Below are positions 48,653 through 63,241 of a stretch of 64,000 nucleotides of DNA, in pieces. The notes beneath the pieces are model-generated. The model was not told the DNA's origin. It did not search any database and saw only the letters and a list, made by a program, of their open reading frames with translations. Both the position numbers and the translations under genes were made by a program. The stretch is from positions 128,528,001 through 128,592,000 of the forward strand of contig NC_058368.1 of assembly GCF_018350175.1 (NCBI RefSeq). Direction: 5' to 3'. This stretch comes from Felis catus (Eukaryota). The stretch's first letter is position 1; each line of letters starts with the position of its first letter.

Positions 48653-50572
48653 CTTCTATATTAACAAATACTGAGGTGCAAATGGACATGTGCTGATAAT
48701 GTGTGGATACCACACTTGCCTCACCCACCCTTCAGGTTCACATGTGACAGAGATGAGCATACACCTTCAGCTATCCCACCACAGCAGTGGCAAAATGAAA
48801 CATTAGAATATTAAACTTATAGTCTGGAGACTTGGGTTGTAGAAACCCACTCCATTACCCAACCCCCCTGTCACCTTTTCTTTCTCTCTCTCTCTCTTTT
48901 TTTTCTTTTTTTGCCCATTATGAGTAATGATAATGAATGATTATAATGATAATGAATGATTATAATGGAGGCTAATGAATGATTTAGCCTCCAAGTTTCA
49001 TTACTCTAATCTGTTAAATAGAAATAACATCATTTACCAGAGTTACTGTGAAAAACCAGATGAAATAACACATATGAGAACACCTAGAACATAAAGGTAT
49101 CCAGTTAAGTCCCTAGATTTATTAATTCCTATATATATTTAAAAGTACAACATTCTCTCATTTGTGTCTTTGATCATATAGGTGCAATGGTTCATAGAAT
49201 ATAATGTCATTCTATAAATAGTTGCATGTATAGAAGGAGTGTGGGGAAAAAAAAACCACACATCTTCTCAACTACAAACTCTCTGTTCCTGCTAGAAAAA
49301 TTCTGAACTGCTTGACTGTGATGACCTTATTCACATTCATCAGATGACCTACCTAACTATATTCCTTCTCAAATATGAACTGGGAAGTGATGAATGAGGT
49401 ACGAAGATTGAACCAGCTCTCTGACACATCTTTCTTCTTAGGTGTCCCCATTCCAAACCATTCTGCAACTTACTATCCCATCAATCTCCATAAATCACTG
49501 CTACGGTCAAATCACTTGTGGACTAAAAATTATCAATATTTTGATACATATTTTGATAACAATTTGGAGTTACCAAATTTTCAATACCTGTGGAATAAAG
49601 TTCTAATAACAGGTTAAGGAAAGGAGGAATCTATCATTTACTATTGCTTACTATGTGTCATACATTATACTAGGTGACTGTCTAAAGTTCCCATTTTATG
49701 ACTATGTATGCTTACTATAAAAAGCAATGTTTGATAAATAGCATGATGTCTATTATTATGAAAGTACTGTAGAGGAAGAGGCTACTTTTGGCTATGATGT
49801 GTTAAAGGTGATACATACAGACTTTGAAAAGATTTTGATAGGGGAGGATGATATGGGACTTTGGACAGGATGATGGCAAATCCAATTCCCTATCTTATGA
49901 ATCCCTTTTATTGTTCCAGGAAACATACATCTGGCCACTAAATGAATACCTGTAGTGATACAGACTCCATCACAAGGCAGCTCATTTTATTATTAAACAA
50001 TGATCAGCATAATCATAATAATGATAGGTAACATTTACTGAACATCAACATTTGCTGTAAATATCAGACAAAGTGCTAAATGTTTTACATGTGTTATTTC
50101 ATTTAATACTCAAAACAATACTATGAGATAGTCAGCATCTCATAGGTCTTTGGGCCAGCAAATGACAGAATCAGAAAGTGAATCTAGACTACACTAATCA
50201 AAAACCACTATGCCACAATGTTGTAAATTATTTTTCCTTCATTCCATTAAGTGATGATCACAATGCATTCTAATATAAGTGAGCACTGGGTACTTGAAGG
50301 CATCTAAGCTAGACTAGAGGAGTTAAGGAGAAGTTGTGCCTGAGATGAACCCTGAAATCTGAGAAACAGGACAGGAAGGAGAACAGTATTCCAAAGCAAG
50401 GTCTGGAGTTTGTACAACAGAATGGAAAAGCAAGAGAGCAAGGTATTTTTTAAGACCTCTAAGTAGTTTAGTATGGACAGAGAAAAAAAATGGGAAAGTG
50501 GCAAGATATAAAGCTGGTGAGTTAGCAGATACAACTTATAAAGGCTTTGTGAGCAACAGGCAAAAGCATTCG

Positions 50573-52835
50573 TTTTTTTTTTTTTTTTTTTTTCAACGGT
50601 TATTTATTTTTGGGACAGAGAGAGACAGAGCATGAACGGGGGAGGGGCAGAGAGAGAGGGAGACACGGAATCGGAAACAGGCTCCAGGCTCTGAGCCATC
50701 AGCCCAGAGCCTGACGCGGGGCTCGAACTCACGGACAGTGAGATCGTGACCTGGCTGAAGTCGGACGCTTAACCGACTGAGCCACCCAGGCGCCCCAAGC
50801 ATTCGGTTTTAATAACCTGTAAGCACTGAGGAAACAATGAAAGACTTCCACTGGGAGATAAATTTGGGACGAGTTAGAATGTTAGAGTAATTAAATGTAG
50901 TAATCATGAGGGCCCAGAGTGAGGCAGGAAGGGAAGACAGATATGAAAAAAAATGAAGAAGGAAGAACTAAGGGGATGTCTAATTGATTTAATAGGTGGG
51001 ATAAAGAGCAGGGAAGAATAAAGGATAGATTCCCAGTTTTAGACATCGGTAATAGTGAATGATAATACCAGTATCTAAAACATTCAACACCAGAATAGCT
51101 ACTATAAATTTTTTGTTCTTTTGCTGTGCCAAAAGCTGTCTCTCTGTAAATTTTCCCTATAAGTACTTATTACGTTCTCTAAGGCAATGGTTTCCAAAGT
51201 ACGGTTCACACACCTCAAGAAGCCTGCAAAATAATCCATTAAGGTATTAGAAGAAAACATGAGAATTTCGATTTTTAATCTCATTTTTATTAAAAATAAG
51301 AAATTAATCTTTAATTAAACCTACGTTCACGATAGTATTGCACAGAAGATATAAATAATAATATATCTACTAGAAGCATGCACTTATATATCTTTTTAAA
51401 ATTAAAAAATTTTTTTCCATTGTTTATTTGGTTTTGAGAGACAGAGAGCATGAGTGGGGAGGGGCAAAGGGAGAGGGAGGCACAGAATCTGAAGCAGGCT
51501 CCAGGTTCTGAGCTGTCAGCATACCTTAACCAATTGAGCCAACCAGGTGCCCCTGTCTTTTTAAAATTTAATTTTTTTTTTAAATATTTTAAGTAAAAAT
51601 TTCTTCACTTTCTCAGAATCCTTATACATTTAATACTGCTTATAATTTATCACAAGAATTATTTCCCAAAAATGTTACTCACACCTGGATTGAAAGAGTG
51701 GAAAATGTGACAATGTGGTTTTTATATACCACATTACAAAACAAAAGCAGCAAAAGCTATTGAGGTAGGTCCAGAGCCTTTAGTCACAATGGGGAAGAGG
51801 ATGAAAAGTATCTCTGAAGAAGCAGAGTATCTAATCCCCAAATCAAAAGTAAAGAAAATTACTCAAAGACCACATTAAAAAATAAGCTTCAGGGGCACCA
51901 AGTTGGCTTAGTCAGTTAAGCTTCCAACTCATGATTCTGGCTCAGGTCTCATAGTTCTTGAATTTGTGCCCTGAGTCAGGCTCCATGCTCACAGTATGGA
52001 GCCTGCTTAGGATTCTCTCTCTCTCCCTCTCTCTGTGCCCCTTCCCTGCTCTTTCTCTCTCAAAATAAATAAATAAACTTAAAAAAAATAAAAATAATAA
52101 AAAATAAGCTTCAGAATTTTCTGAAGAAAACAAATGTATTTACAACCTTAAGGTTAGGAGTAGATTAAATAAACTTTTCTTATTTAACTTGTCTTTTTTC
52201 TTGATACTTATTTTTAAGATTTAGAAGTATCTACTGAAGAGCAAAAGGATAATGGAGATATAAAAGATGAATCCCTCTTAAGAGCAAAAGGGAAGCAAAA
52301 GAAAAAACATAAAGATTTACCTAAAAGGTAAAAAATACAGATTCAAAGGGGCACACAAACTCCAATGTTTACAGCACCATTATTAACAATAGCCAAACTA
52401 TGGAGAAAGCTCAAACTGACTTTCCATTGACTGATAAATGGATAAAGATGTGGTACACACACACACATACACACACACACACACATATACAGACAATGGA
52501 ATATTACTCAGTCATCAAAAAGAATGAAATCTTGCCATTTGCAATGACATAGATGGAGCTAGAATGTCCTATGCTAAGCAAAATAAGTCACTCAGAGAAA
52601 GACAAATACCACATGATTTCACTCATATGTGGAATTTAAGAAACAAAATAGATATGAGGAGAGATGGGAGGAAGAGGAGAGAGAAACAAACCATAAGAGA
52701 CTGTTAACAATTGAGAAAAAAATGAAGGTTGATGGAGGAAGGTGAGTGAGAGACTAGATGGGTGATGGGTACTAAGGAGGAGACTTGTTATGATGAGCAC
52801 TGGGTGTTGTATGTAAGTGATGAATTATTGAATTC
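50573..52835. mobile_element. Young SINEC_Fc (50573-50796 minus), further CanSINEs (about 51400-51553 minus, internally deleted; 51892-52105 plus) and a carnivore L1 3' end (about 52335-52835 plus)
   Basis: TSD AAGCATTCG around the first SINE; AAAGAATGAAATCTTGCCATTTGCAATGACATAGATGGAGCTAG L1 motif. Confidence 0.85.
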
Positions 52836-53509
52836 ATAAAAGCATACAATGGGTGAAGAGGTTATACCATTAAGAGTACTATCAAAGTATGTCAATGGTA
52901 CAAATTCTATTGTTGCCAATGGACACAATCCATATATATCATTTTAAAACTAACAAGGGTCCTAATAAGGCAATATGATACAATAAAAATAGTTTATGGT
53001 ATACCTACTATTTAACAGGTACAGTACTACTTTTGACATTCTTTTAGTATCCCTAAAATTATTGTTTAGGTACATAATAACCCCTCTTTACAAGATGGAG
53101 ACACTGAAACTCTTACCATAGTCCTTCATAATGTCACCTTAAACAAACTGACTAATGTCCCAAATTACTAAATAGCAGGACTAAAACTGGTTTCCAATTC
53201 TGTTGGACCATTCTTTAAATATTTGAAAACAGCGTGTTTCCTCTGAGAATTGCTTTTCCTGGGATCAATGTCCCCAGTTGTCCTCTGAAGGTGAGTTTCT
53301 GGACTACTCTAGTCATCTTTTACTTACATCAAGTCAATTTTAAAATGTATTACATTCTAAACACACTATTCATGAAATGGACTTGCTAGCAAAAACCTAT
53401 AAGGTCTGAGTATCATCTTCAAGGAGAGAAAATGGAATAAAATCATATTAACAATTTTTATATATATACTCAATACCATTTATACTTATCACATTCACCT
53501 TTGATGCAC

Positions 53510-53950
53510 ATGCCAACCTACCTTTCCAAAGTGACCCTATCACTTCTTCACTCAAAGGCTTTTAGTGGCTTTCTATTTCACCCAGAGAAAAAGCCTAAGC
53601 CCTTACAAAGGCCTCTAAGCCTATATCATCCGGTGCCTGTTTCTTCTGTTCCTCATCTCCTATTGTTCTCCTCCTTGCTTCCTCTATTTCAACACAAGAG
53701 CCTCTTAGATGTTCCCTGGGTATCCCAAGCATGCTTCTGCCTCACAGTCTTTGTATTTTCTTCCTTCCGCAGCCTGGAATGCTCTCCTTTCCAGATATCT
53801 GATGGTGCATTCCTTCATTTCCTTCAGGCCAAATGTCATCATCTTCTGAGTGAGACATACTCTGACTGCCCTATGTAAAACTGCAACTCCAACCTCCCAA
53901 TACTTTCTATGCTACTTGCCTTGCTTTGCTTTTCTTCACAGCACTTGCTA
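53510..53950 (+). mobile_element. L2 fragment
   Basis: AAAGCCTAAGCCCTTACAAAGGCCT, GCCTGGAATGCTCTCC and CTTCACAGCACTT L2 motifs. Confidence 0.7.
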
Positions 53951-54931
53951 CAGCTAAAAGTTTCTAGTCTGAGATATGATGCAGAAGCAGAAGTACTTCA
54001 TAAAGCACATGAGAAATTAGCAATCTGGTGTAAATAATTTTGGTCTTATAGTTAAATTATAATTTAGTAATAAAAGTGGTACTAAATTATAATTTAGTAA
54101 TTCTCTGAAAGAGAATTAGTTAGAAAGGATGATTAAATAAAGAAATATGGAATGGGGCACCTGGCTGGCTCAGTTGGAAGAGCATGTGATTCTTGATCTT
54201 GGGGTCTTGAGTTTGAGCCCCATGTTGGGTGTAAAGATTACTTAAATTAATAAATGAAATTAAAAACAAAAAAAGAAAAGAAAGCAATATGATTAATATC
54301 AATACCTACCTTAAAGCATTAGATAAATGCTTTAAAGGGTTTGGTAATTCATTGTTGCAATAGGAGTGGAACCTAGAGTCAAGTTCTGTTGTTTTTTAGC
54401 TGTTTTAACTCACACTAGTTATGTATCCATTTATGTCTCATTTTCTCATGTGTAAAATGGGAATTTTAACAGTAACTACTTTCATAGTATTGATGTGATG
54501 ATTAAATAAGACGCTATATGCTTCAGCACATATATTAAATGTTAATTTTTATTAGCACAGTATCTGACATATAAGCTCTTAATAAATATTACCTACTACT
54601 ATTACCACCAAATTACAAACTTATTAGCTTATTCTGAAAGTTAATGAACCACAGGCATACCTGGTAAGACCCACAATATAAATTTTAAAAAACTATTAGA
54701 AATTAAATACCAAGTAAGAATCTAGGACATTTAAAATACATTTATTCTAATATTAAAGTACTATATGTTCTGGTACTATAACATTCATTTTAGGCTGTGT
54801 TTACAAGTCATATATAGTATAAAATTAGACTATTTAATCTTATAAGTTTAATTTATATCAATTGTTCTCAATCTTTTCTTCTCCAACATACCTGAGAGTT
54901 ATGGCACACTCCCATTATGCACAGTGGCTCA

Positions 54932-55294
<363 letters not shown>

Positions 55295-55709
55295 TCAGTT
55301 TATCAGTTCTTGTATTCAGGACACACGTAATGCTTCATGATACAGTTATTTAAACATATTAATATAGGACAACTCTCTGAATTGCTTAAAATATACAAGT
55401 TGATTATGTTTAAAATTATTCATCCCTGTGGATTATTTGAATACAATAAGCTATATAAATTAGAACCACAAAAATAGAGAAAAACAGGAAAACCAAAAAG
55501 GAAAATATATATTGCCAAATATAATTATATTGCCAAATATAATTTTTCTTAAGAGAGTAAGTAAGCTGTGCTATCAAACTCAATTAAATGCATAGCCTGA
55601 CATTAAAATTTTAAATTAAACACTTTTCAAATTTCTTTTATACTAATTCTATTTTTAATCTAAAAATCACTCCATGGACTATTAAAAATCAATAATACTA
55701 GTATTTACA

Positions 55710-56147
55710 ATTAAAAATACTTTTAAAAAAAATGTTTATTTTTGAGAGAGAGAGAAAGAGAGAGCGCAAACAGGGAGGGCAGAGAGAGGGAGACACAGAA
55801 TCCAAAGCAGGCTCCAGGCTGTGAGCTGTCAGCACAGAGCCCAACATGGGGCTCAAACTCATGAGGGGTGAAATCATGACCTGAGCCAAAGTGGGACATT
55901 CAACTGACTGAGTGACCTAGGCACCCCCGAGTTTTTTTTTTTAATGTTTATTTATTTTTGAGAGAGAGAGAAAGAGAGAGCACGAGCAGGGGAGGAGCAG
56001 AGAGAGAGGGAGACACAGAATCCAAAGCAGGCTCCAGGCTCTGAGTTGTCAGTACACAGACTGATGTAGGGCTCGAACTCATGAACCATGAGATCATGAC
56101 CTGAGCCAAAGTCGGACGCTTAACCGATTGAGCCACCCAGGTGCCCC
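55710..56147 (-). mobile_element. Two tandem CanSINEs
   Basis: Consecutive SINEC copies at about 55710-55928 and 55930-56147. Confidence 0.9.
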
Positions 56148-56760
56148 TAAAAAAACAGAAAACTTTAATAGGGAAAGAATACCTCTTTTAGTTTCAACCA
56201 AAATTTGTATTGCTGTCAAAATGACCAACTTTGAGAAAGCATAATTCTCAATAGCTTAATTTAATTACAAAGATTATTAAAACAATCATAAAATTGTATA
56301 TAGTTCATTCTAAGATTTTTCTAGTCTGGAACTAATTCTGAATCAGAATTTTATCCCATAAAGATATTAAATTCTATCATAAAAATGCAACTGAGGCACT
56401 TTGTCACCTGGATAGCAGCTGACACATTTAACACAACTTGCACATTTTATTCTCATACAACAGTCCCAAAATGTTACTATTCCTTCAATTTACTATAGCT
56501 TCCTAAGGGGCACTGAATTTGTATTAGCTGACCTCACTGGAGGAAAAAAACAAAAGTAACTAATTCAGAAAAGTTTCTGCATTTGAAAATTTAGGAGATG
56601 AGATGTATCTTGAAGAAAAACAATCGTGATTTAGTTATGTACATTTAGAAATTGATTTACTATGAATGACTTTTGACTTTTTCTAAATCATAAGATTTAT
56701 AATTTGTCAAGAGACATTAATTAGTTTCAATTCAAAATTTTCAATATAAACATACTATCA

Positions 56761-56913
<153 letters not shown>

Positions 56914-57519
56914 TTACACTGACATATATAGGTAGGACAGTGACTACTCTTGCACCTAACCTTTCCAGTATTATGGCACACAGAGGTCTCAGTATATCAG
57001 TGCAAATATATTTGTATATTTGGGTTGTTGTATTTTGCCTTTTCATCTAATATTCAAAGTCAATAGTAGCAAAAGGCAGTGGAAAACATAGCAAAAAAAA
57101 AAAAAAGGTAACCTTTTTTACATCACAAGGACTGAATTCTGCTGGTTTTTATGAGCATGTTCCTCCTCCAAAACTGGACAGCTTTGAAGCTGGTTCCTTA
57201 GCAAGTTTGTTACTACATCTTTTCTACTGTTTGTTATTCAAATGTTTTCTGACAATCAAGCAGGTAACTAATTTTACTTTTGTTTAAGAATTCATTTGGC
57301 ATGAATCTGGTGTTTCCTTTTTTATGAAAAAATTAAGGTAGATAATGACAATATATTTATGTTTGGTTTCATATACGCAAATCTATCTTTGCCACATATT
57401 CAAGAACTAAATTTAATGTCTCTTAGATATCAGACCCTTGTATTTATCTCAAGTAAGTGAAAAGAAGAAAGGCAAAATACTGTGGTCACACATCAATTTC
57501 AGCTTCTTTTAAAGATCTG

Positions 57520-58770
57520 TATTTTTTTTTAAGTTTATTTATTTTGAGAGACAGAGTTCGTAGGCAGGGGAGGGGGGAGGAAAGACAGACAGACAGACAG
57601 ACAGACAATCCCATGCAGGCTCTGCACTGTCAGTGTGGAGCCCAATACAGGACCTGAACTCACAAATTGAGAGATCATGACCTGAGCCGACATCAAGAAT
57701 CGAACTCACAACCAACTGAGTCACCCAGGTGCCCCATCAATTTCAGCTTCTAAACTACACCTAAAGAAAATATAAATTAGTTTAACTGATGCTATCATGT
57801 TCTCAAAAGAGACCTCAACAATATTCTAACCCGTTGGGTTTATCCAAGCCCCTTTAATTAGAAAAGGCAATACAATGAATTTTATAGGGGTACTTGAGTG
57901 GCTCAATCAGTTAGGTATCCAACTCTTGATTTCAGTTCAGCTCATGATCTCATGGTTCATGGATCGAACCCCACATTAGGCTCTGAGCTAATAGCACGGA
58001 GCCTGCTTGGGATTCTCTTTCTCTCTGTCTCTCAAAATAAATAAATACACTTAAAAAAAACCCTCAATGCATTTTTAAAGCCTATTTCTAACTTACAAAT
58101 CTTTTTTTTTTTTACATAGATACAAGGCTTAAATCTTCCTATAATCTTGATTCTTTTCACAGATCACCATCAAACCTAGCTGATTAGAATAGCAAGCAAA
58201 AAGCTAGCATTTCCCATTTTCAAAATGGTTTTCTTTCTTTCCAGCTGGAGAAGGTCTGCAATGGGATGAGTCTGAGGATTTAAGCATTTTCTGAAACAGG
58301 TAAGATTTGGACATATCTGGTTCCTAACGCCGATTACTAGGTCCATTCTCATACTGATTCAAATTCCTGGTGTACTCTGAGAATTGAAAGCCTCTTTCTT
58401 AGCTTCCCTATGAGTTGAGGAAAACCAAACTAGGCATAAACAACAGAAATCCACCTTAGTATGGACCCACAACCAGCACCTAGCCCCCCACCTTCATACC
58501 TCATTAGCCAGCCTTCTTACAGCTACATCTTAACACTTGTTCTACTTCAGAAAGCACAGATTTCTTTTTTTTTAAATTTTCTTTTAACATTTATTTATTT
58601 TTGAGACACACACACACACAGAGGGTGAGCAGGGGAGGGGCAGAGAGAAATGTAGATACAGAATCTGAAGCAGGATCCAGGTTCCAAGCTGGGGCTTGAA
58701 CTCACAAACCATGAGTTCATGACCTGAGCCAAAGTCAGATGCTTAACCAACTGAGCCACCCGGGTGCCCC
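57520..58770. mobile_element. CanSINEs (about 57520-57735 minus; 57887-58060 plus; 58562-58770 minus)
   Basis: TSDs CATCAATTTCAGCTTCT and CAGAAAGCACAGATTTC. Confidence 0.88.
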
Positions 58771-59246
58771 CAGAAAGCACAGATTTCAATATCACATTCT
58801 GCAAACTATTAACAGAAGCTTCTCTGGGGACTAAACTGCTTGGTATAGGGTAGGCGGTTATTAAATATTAGCAAATTAAATCAACAAATAAATGTTGAAT
58901 CAGATTCAAAATAATTCTGTATTAAAGGAAATGAATAGAAATGCTATTATTTTTAAATTAATAGTCTTACACTTTTGTAGAAAAAAATGACACAACACAA
59001 TTGTTTTATAGGTAATACTAGTAGATTTGCATTGCTACAGAGATTCTCTTGTTTCCTCTGACTTAAAAGGTGAGCACCTTCAAGATAGACAGTGATGCAA
59101 AGGAAGATTTCTTATGGTGATATGACATAAAAATTCAATTATATTAAGGACCTAATTAACAAATAAATATGCATCTCATATAAATAGTGTTCTCAAAATT
59201 CTTATCATTAATTTTGAACTTTGAAACCAAATAATTTGCATGTTAC

Positions 59247-59313
59247 CTTGCAGTTGCCAAGATATATTCACAACGTGGCGACCAAGAAACTGCCAATATT
59301 TCTTGTCTGTGAC
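59247..59313 (-). CDS. ERCC8: ERCC8 exon 7: (G)[21 protein letters not shown](S)
   Basis: 67 nt, TGCAG acceptor and GTAACA donor; matches CSA. Confidence 0.98.
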
Positions 59314-60482
59314 CTGCAAATACAATCGTATGAAAAGTCCTGTAAAATACTTGAAAAATCAAAAGATACACTGTAATTTAAATATGTCTGATTTTGAAGA
59401 AAGTAAACACTATTAAAAATAAATTGATATGATCATCACTTTTTCACATTTATAATAATCCGTTTAAATATTAACATGAAGTCTGTGGGGGCATTTCTCA
59501 CACATAGTATCTTATTATAAATGGCTGGGTTTTGCATTGGAAAAGTCAAAGCAAGTGAGTATTTCTTTTTTAATACAGCTGTTAGATTAGAAAGTAAATG
59601 CATTAATAAATGATAGATCTCAAGCTCATTTACTTTTATCTACAACAAAAAAACACTGCAACAAACCACTCAAGATAAACATTCTAGAGAATAAAAATGG
59701 TTTCTAACTTTTCAGAAAGTTGTAATAGAAAAAGTTTTCTAAATTCATGATTGTAAAAAGCATTTATGTAAAAAATTTTTTCTAGAAAGCACAGGTGATA
59801 AGTTCATAGGATAACTTCAGCATTTTAATTCACTTTTGCCTAAACGAACTATTCAAACTAGATATTTTCATCTACCTTACATTATTAGAAATTCATTATA
59901 AATGTGAAACAAATGCTATCCATCTCACCATGTTCTCTTGATATATTATGTGCTTCTAGAGATAAATAAAAATATATATATATCTGAGTTACATCCCATC
60001 TTTTCATTGTTTAGAATCAGATGGTCTAATGCTGATAAAAGTAGGAAAAATATTTAAATTAATATATCTTAACCAAAATGATTATTATACTGCCTTTTTC
60101 TAAAATAGTTGCAATGAGGGGAAAAAAGTACCTAAATATTAGGAATATTTAGTTAGCCAGAACAATATTAAACAATGCTCTTAACACAAATGTATCAATA
60201 TAAGTTTCATAAATATATATATTTTTTTAAATGTAGAAATAAGACAAGGTTTTCAGCCAGACTTTCCATATCCTTTGAGCTTACCCTATGGCCATTGTTT
60301 ATATAAATGTCTCCTCAATAGTTCAGTTTTATAAGAATAATGCACAGAAGGATCTTTATCTCCTTGTTGACTTTTAACAACTAGCACAAAATACATCAGT
60401 CATGTCAACCACAAAGAATACATTGTTAGTAATGTCTCTTTTTATTGAATGGTTTACTCAAAGTAGTTGTTGTTTCAAATTA

Positions 60483-60587
<105 letters not shown>

Positions 60588-61531
60588 TTAAGATAATTTT
60601 ATTATAAATCATCACCAAAAGGAAATAAGAAACTACCGTTATGAATCATGACATTTTCACTGCATCCATGTAGAAATCTAAAAATAGTATGCTAAAGATA
60701 TACTTCAAATCATTTTTAATGCTTATAATTAGAAAATTTAATTGCAGTTATACCTTAGTACAAGTAGAACCCTATTATTGTGTTATTTTTTAACATTTAA
60801 TTTTGAAGTAATTATAGATTCAAGGGAAGTTGCAAAGATAGTACAGAAAGACCCTGTGTACCTATCACACTTGTTGTTCCAATGGTTGTTATACGAGGTA
60901 AAACTATACTACAGTATCAAAACCAGGAAATTTGTATTGCTGCAATGTGTATGTATGTATAATCCTAGGCTATTGTATTATATCAAGTTATTTTTTTAGT
61001 ACCTTAGTTTTTCCATAGTAATGATATGTTTCCAATCAGAAACTCTGGACACAGACTGAGTGGACCTCAAAGACAAGTTAGTGTCCAACTGTTCTTCACA
61101 GATGAAACAGCTAACTGGCATCTTGAGGTGAAGATGTTCATGCAATGCCACACAAATAACAGAATCACAGGGACCTGGTATCTGATACCAGAAAAACATT
61201 TTTTCTTTCTCACACATGAGAATTCTTGTTGCATGTGCTTTCATAAAAATTGAAGTTTAATTTTAATAACAGTCTTAGAGTAAAGGAATAATTTCCATTT
61301 TTGCACTGTGTTGAATTTAAAAAGTTGCCAAAATTTGTTCATGTACAATCTTTGAAGCTTTGGTGGGTGAAAAGTAACTCCATAGGGAATAGAAATGTGC
61401 TTTCTTAATCTGTGAATCCTAGCCACTAGCACAGTGCCCAACTTACACAATAACTGTAAAACTGAATGTAAAAATGGCATATACTTAAGCTTTTTTCTTT
61501 TTTTAAAGAACTGTGATATTCACCTGGGTTA

Positions 61532-61708
<177 letters not shown>

Positions 61709-61854
61709 TTAAAAAGTGTAAGTTCTAATTATAATCACAAAAGCAGTTAACTTTCTATTTACTTATTCCCAGATTATCAGTAATTTTTAAATGACTGTTA
61801 GCAATTTATTTGACTTAAAACATGAGAATTTTTTAAGTAAAAAACCTATTAATT

Positions 61855-62079
61855 TAATTTAATTATTATTCTTTTTAATGTTTATTTATTTTTGAGACAG
61901 AGAGAGACACAGCATGAGCAGGGAAGGGGCAGAGAGAGAGGGAGACATAGAATGTGAAGCAGGCTCCAGGCTCTGAGCTGTCAGCACGGAGCCCGACGCG
62001 GGGCTTGAACTCACGAACTGTGAGATCATGACCTGAGCCGAAGTCAGACGCTTAACCGACTGAGCCACCCAGGCGCCCC
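61855..62079 (-). mobile_element. CanSINE
   Basis: TSD AAAACCTATTAATTT on both sides. Confidence 0.92.
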
Positions 62080-62591
62080 AAAACCTATTAATTTTAAATC
62101 CTTTGTTATTTATAACACTCTTGTCCCTTTAGTGAGAAAAATAGTTTTTTGCTAATAAATTCCAGACATTACGAAGACACAGCCAATGGCTCACCATCTT
62201 CTTCTCCACTCCATTCAGGGATTCTTCTCCACTCTATTTAGGGAAACTTCATAATATGTACACAGGTCATCTAGCCAGAATTCTGCCTCTCAGTCCCACA
62301 CCCCAGACACCCTCATCACCTAGATTTGTTCTTCCTTTGAAATCATACATTTCATGTATGTTACGTGTGACCACAATCTTCCATCATTTTCAGCTTTATT
62401 TTTCCCAACTACTTCTAAGACACCGAAATAAAACCCAGAACTCCTATCAGTTCCTCTTGACTTTGCTTTTTTCCCCCTTCTTCAGCTTGGATTCCAAGGT
62501 TCAATTCTTCAACTGCCAATATCTTCAACTTCAACCCTGGATGACTCCAAATGTTTGCCTTCTCTGAACCTATATCCAGGACAATCTACAT

Positions 62592-62720
62592 CAGAGGTCA
62601 GCAAACTTCTGTAATCAGCAGACTGTAGTATATATTTTAGGGTTTAAGAACTACTACTCATTTCTGTCATTGTAGTGTCAAAGCGGCCACAGACAACAAA
62701 TATGTGTTGTAATAATGCTT
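62592..62720. mobile_element. MER58-like hAT MITE fragment
   Basis: CAGAGGTCAGCAAACTT...ACTACTCATTTCTGTCATTGTAGTGTCAAAGCGGCCACAGACAA. Confidence 0.7.
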
Positions 62721-63241
62721 TATTTTACAAAAATTTTATTTTACAATGCTTTATTTATTTTGCAGCATTTTGCTAGTATGGCAAACTGGCATCACTATAA
62801 AAGATCATTCATCTCAACTGGGCTTTCAGTATTGACTGCCAGTCCTATCATATTATAATACTATTCCCTGCAATATTCATAGCTCTTTCAAACTTCTCCA
62901 TTCTCCACAAACATGGCCACTCGATCGACTGTAACCAGCAATCTGACCTTTTATTACAAAGAGAAAACAGGAAGTCATTCAATGAGAATTCTCTTAGTGT
63001 CTTATCAACAAACCGACAAACACATTTGCTTCCATCTATCCTTTTTCCTTCTTCATTCCTGTTATCATGGAAAAATCATCCTTTCTCATATTTAAAGTTA
63101 CTATCCCCACCTGTGCTTAGATCCCCCACACCGCTGTCAGAAATCTCGCTCTATACATAATATCCTCTATCTCCAAGATATCTATAAACTCTCCCTTCCT
63201 ACTGGCTCATTCTCATCAGCATTTAAAAATATTCATGATTT

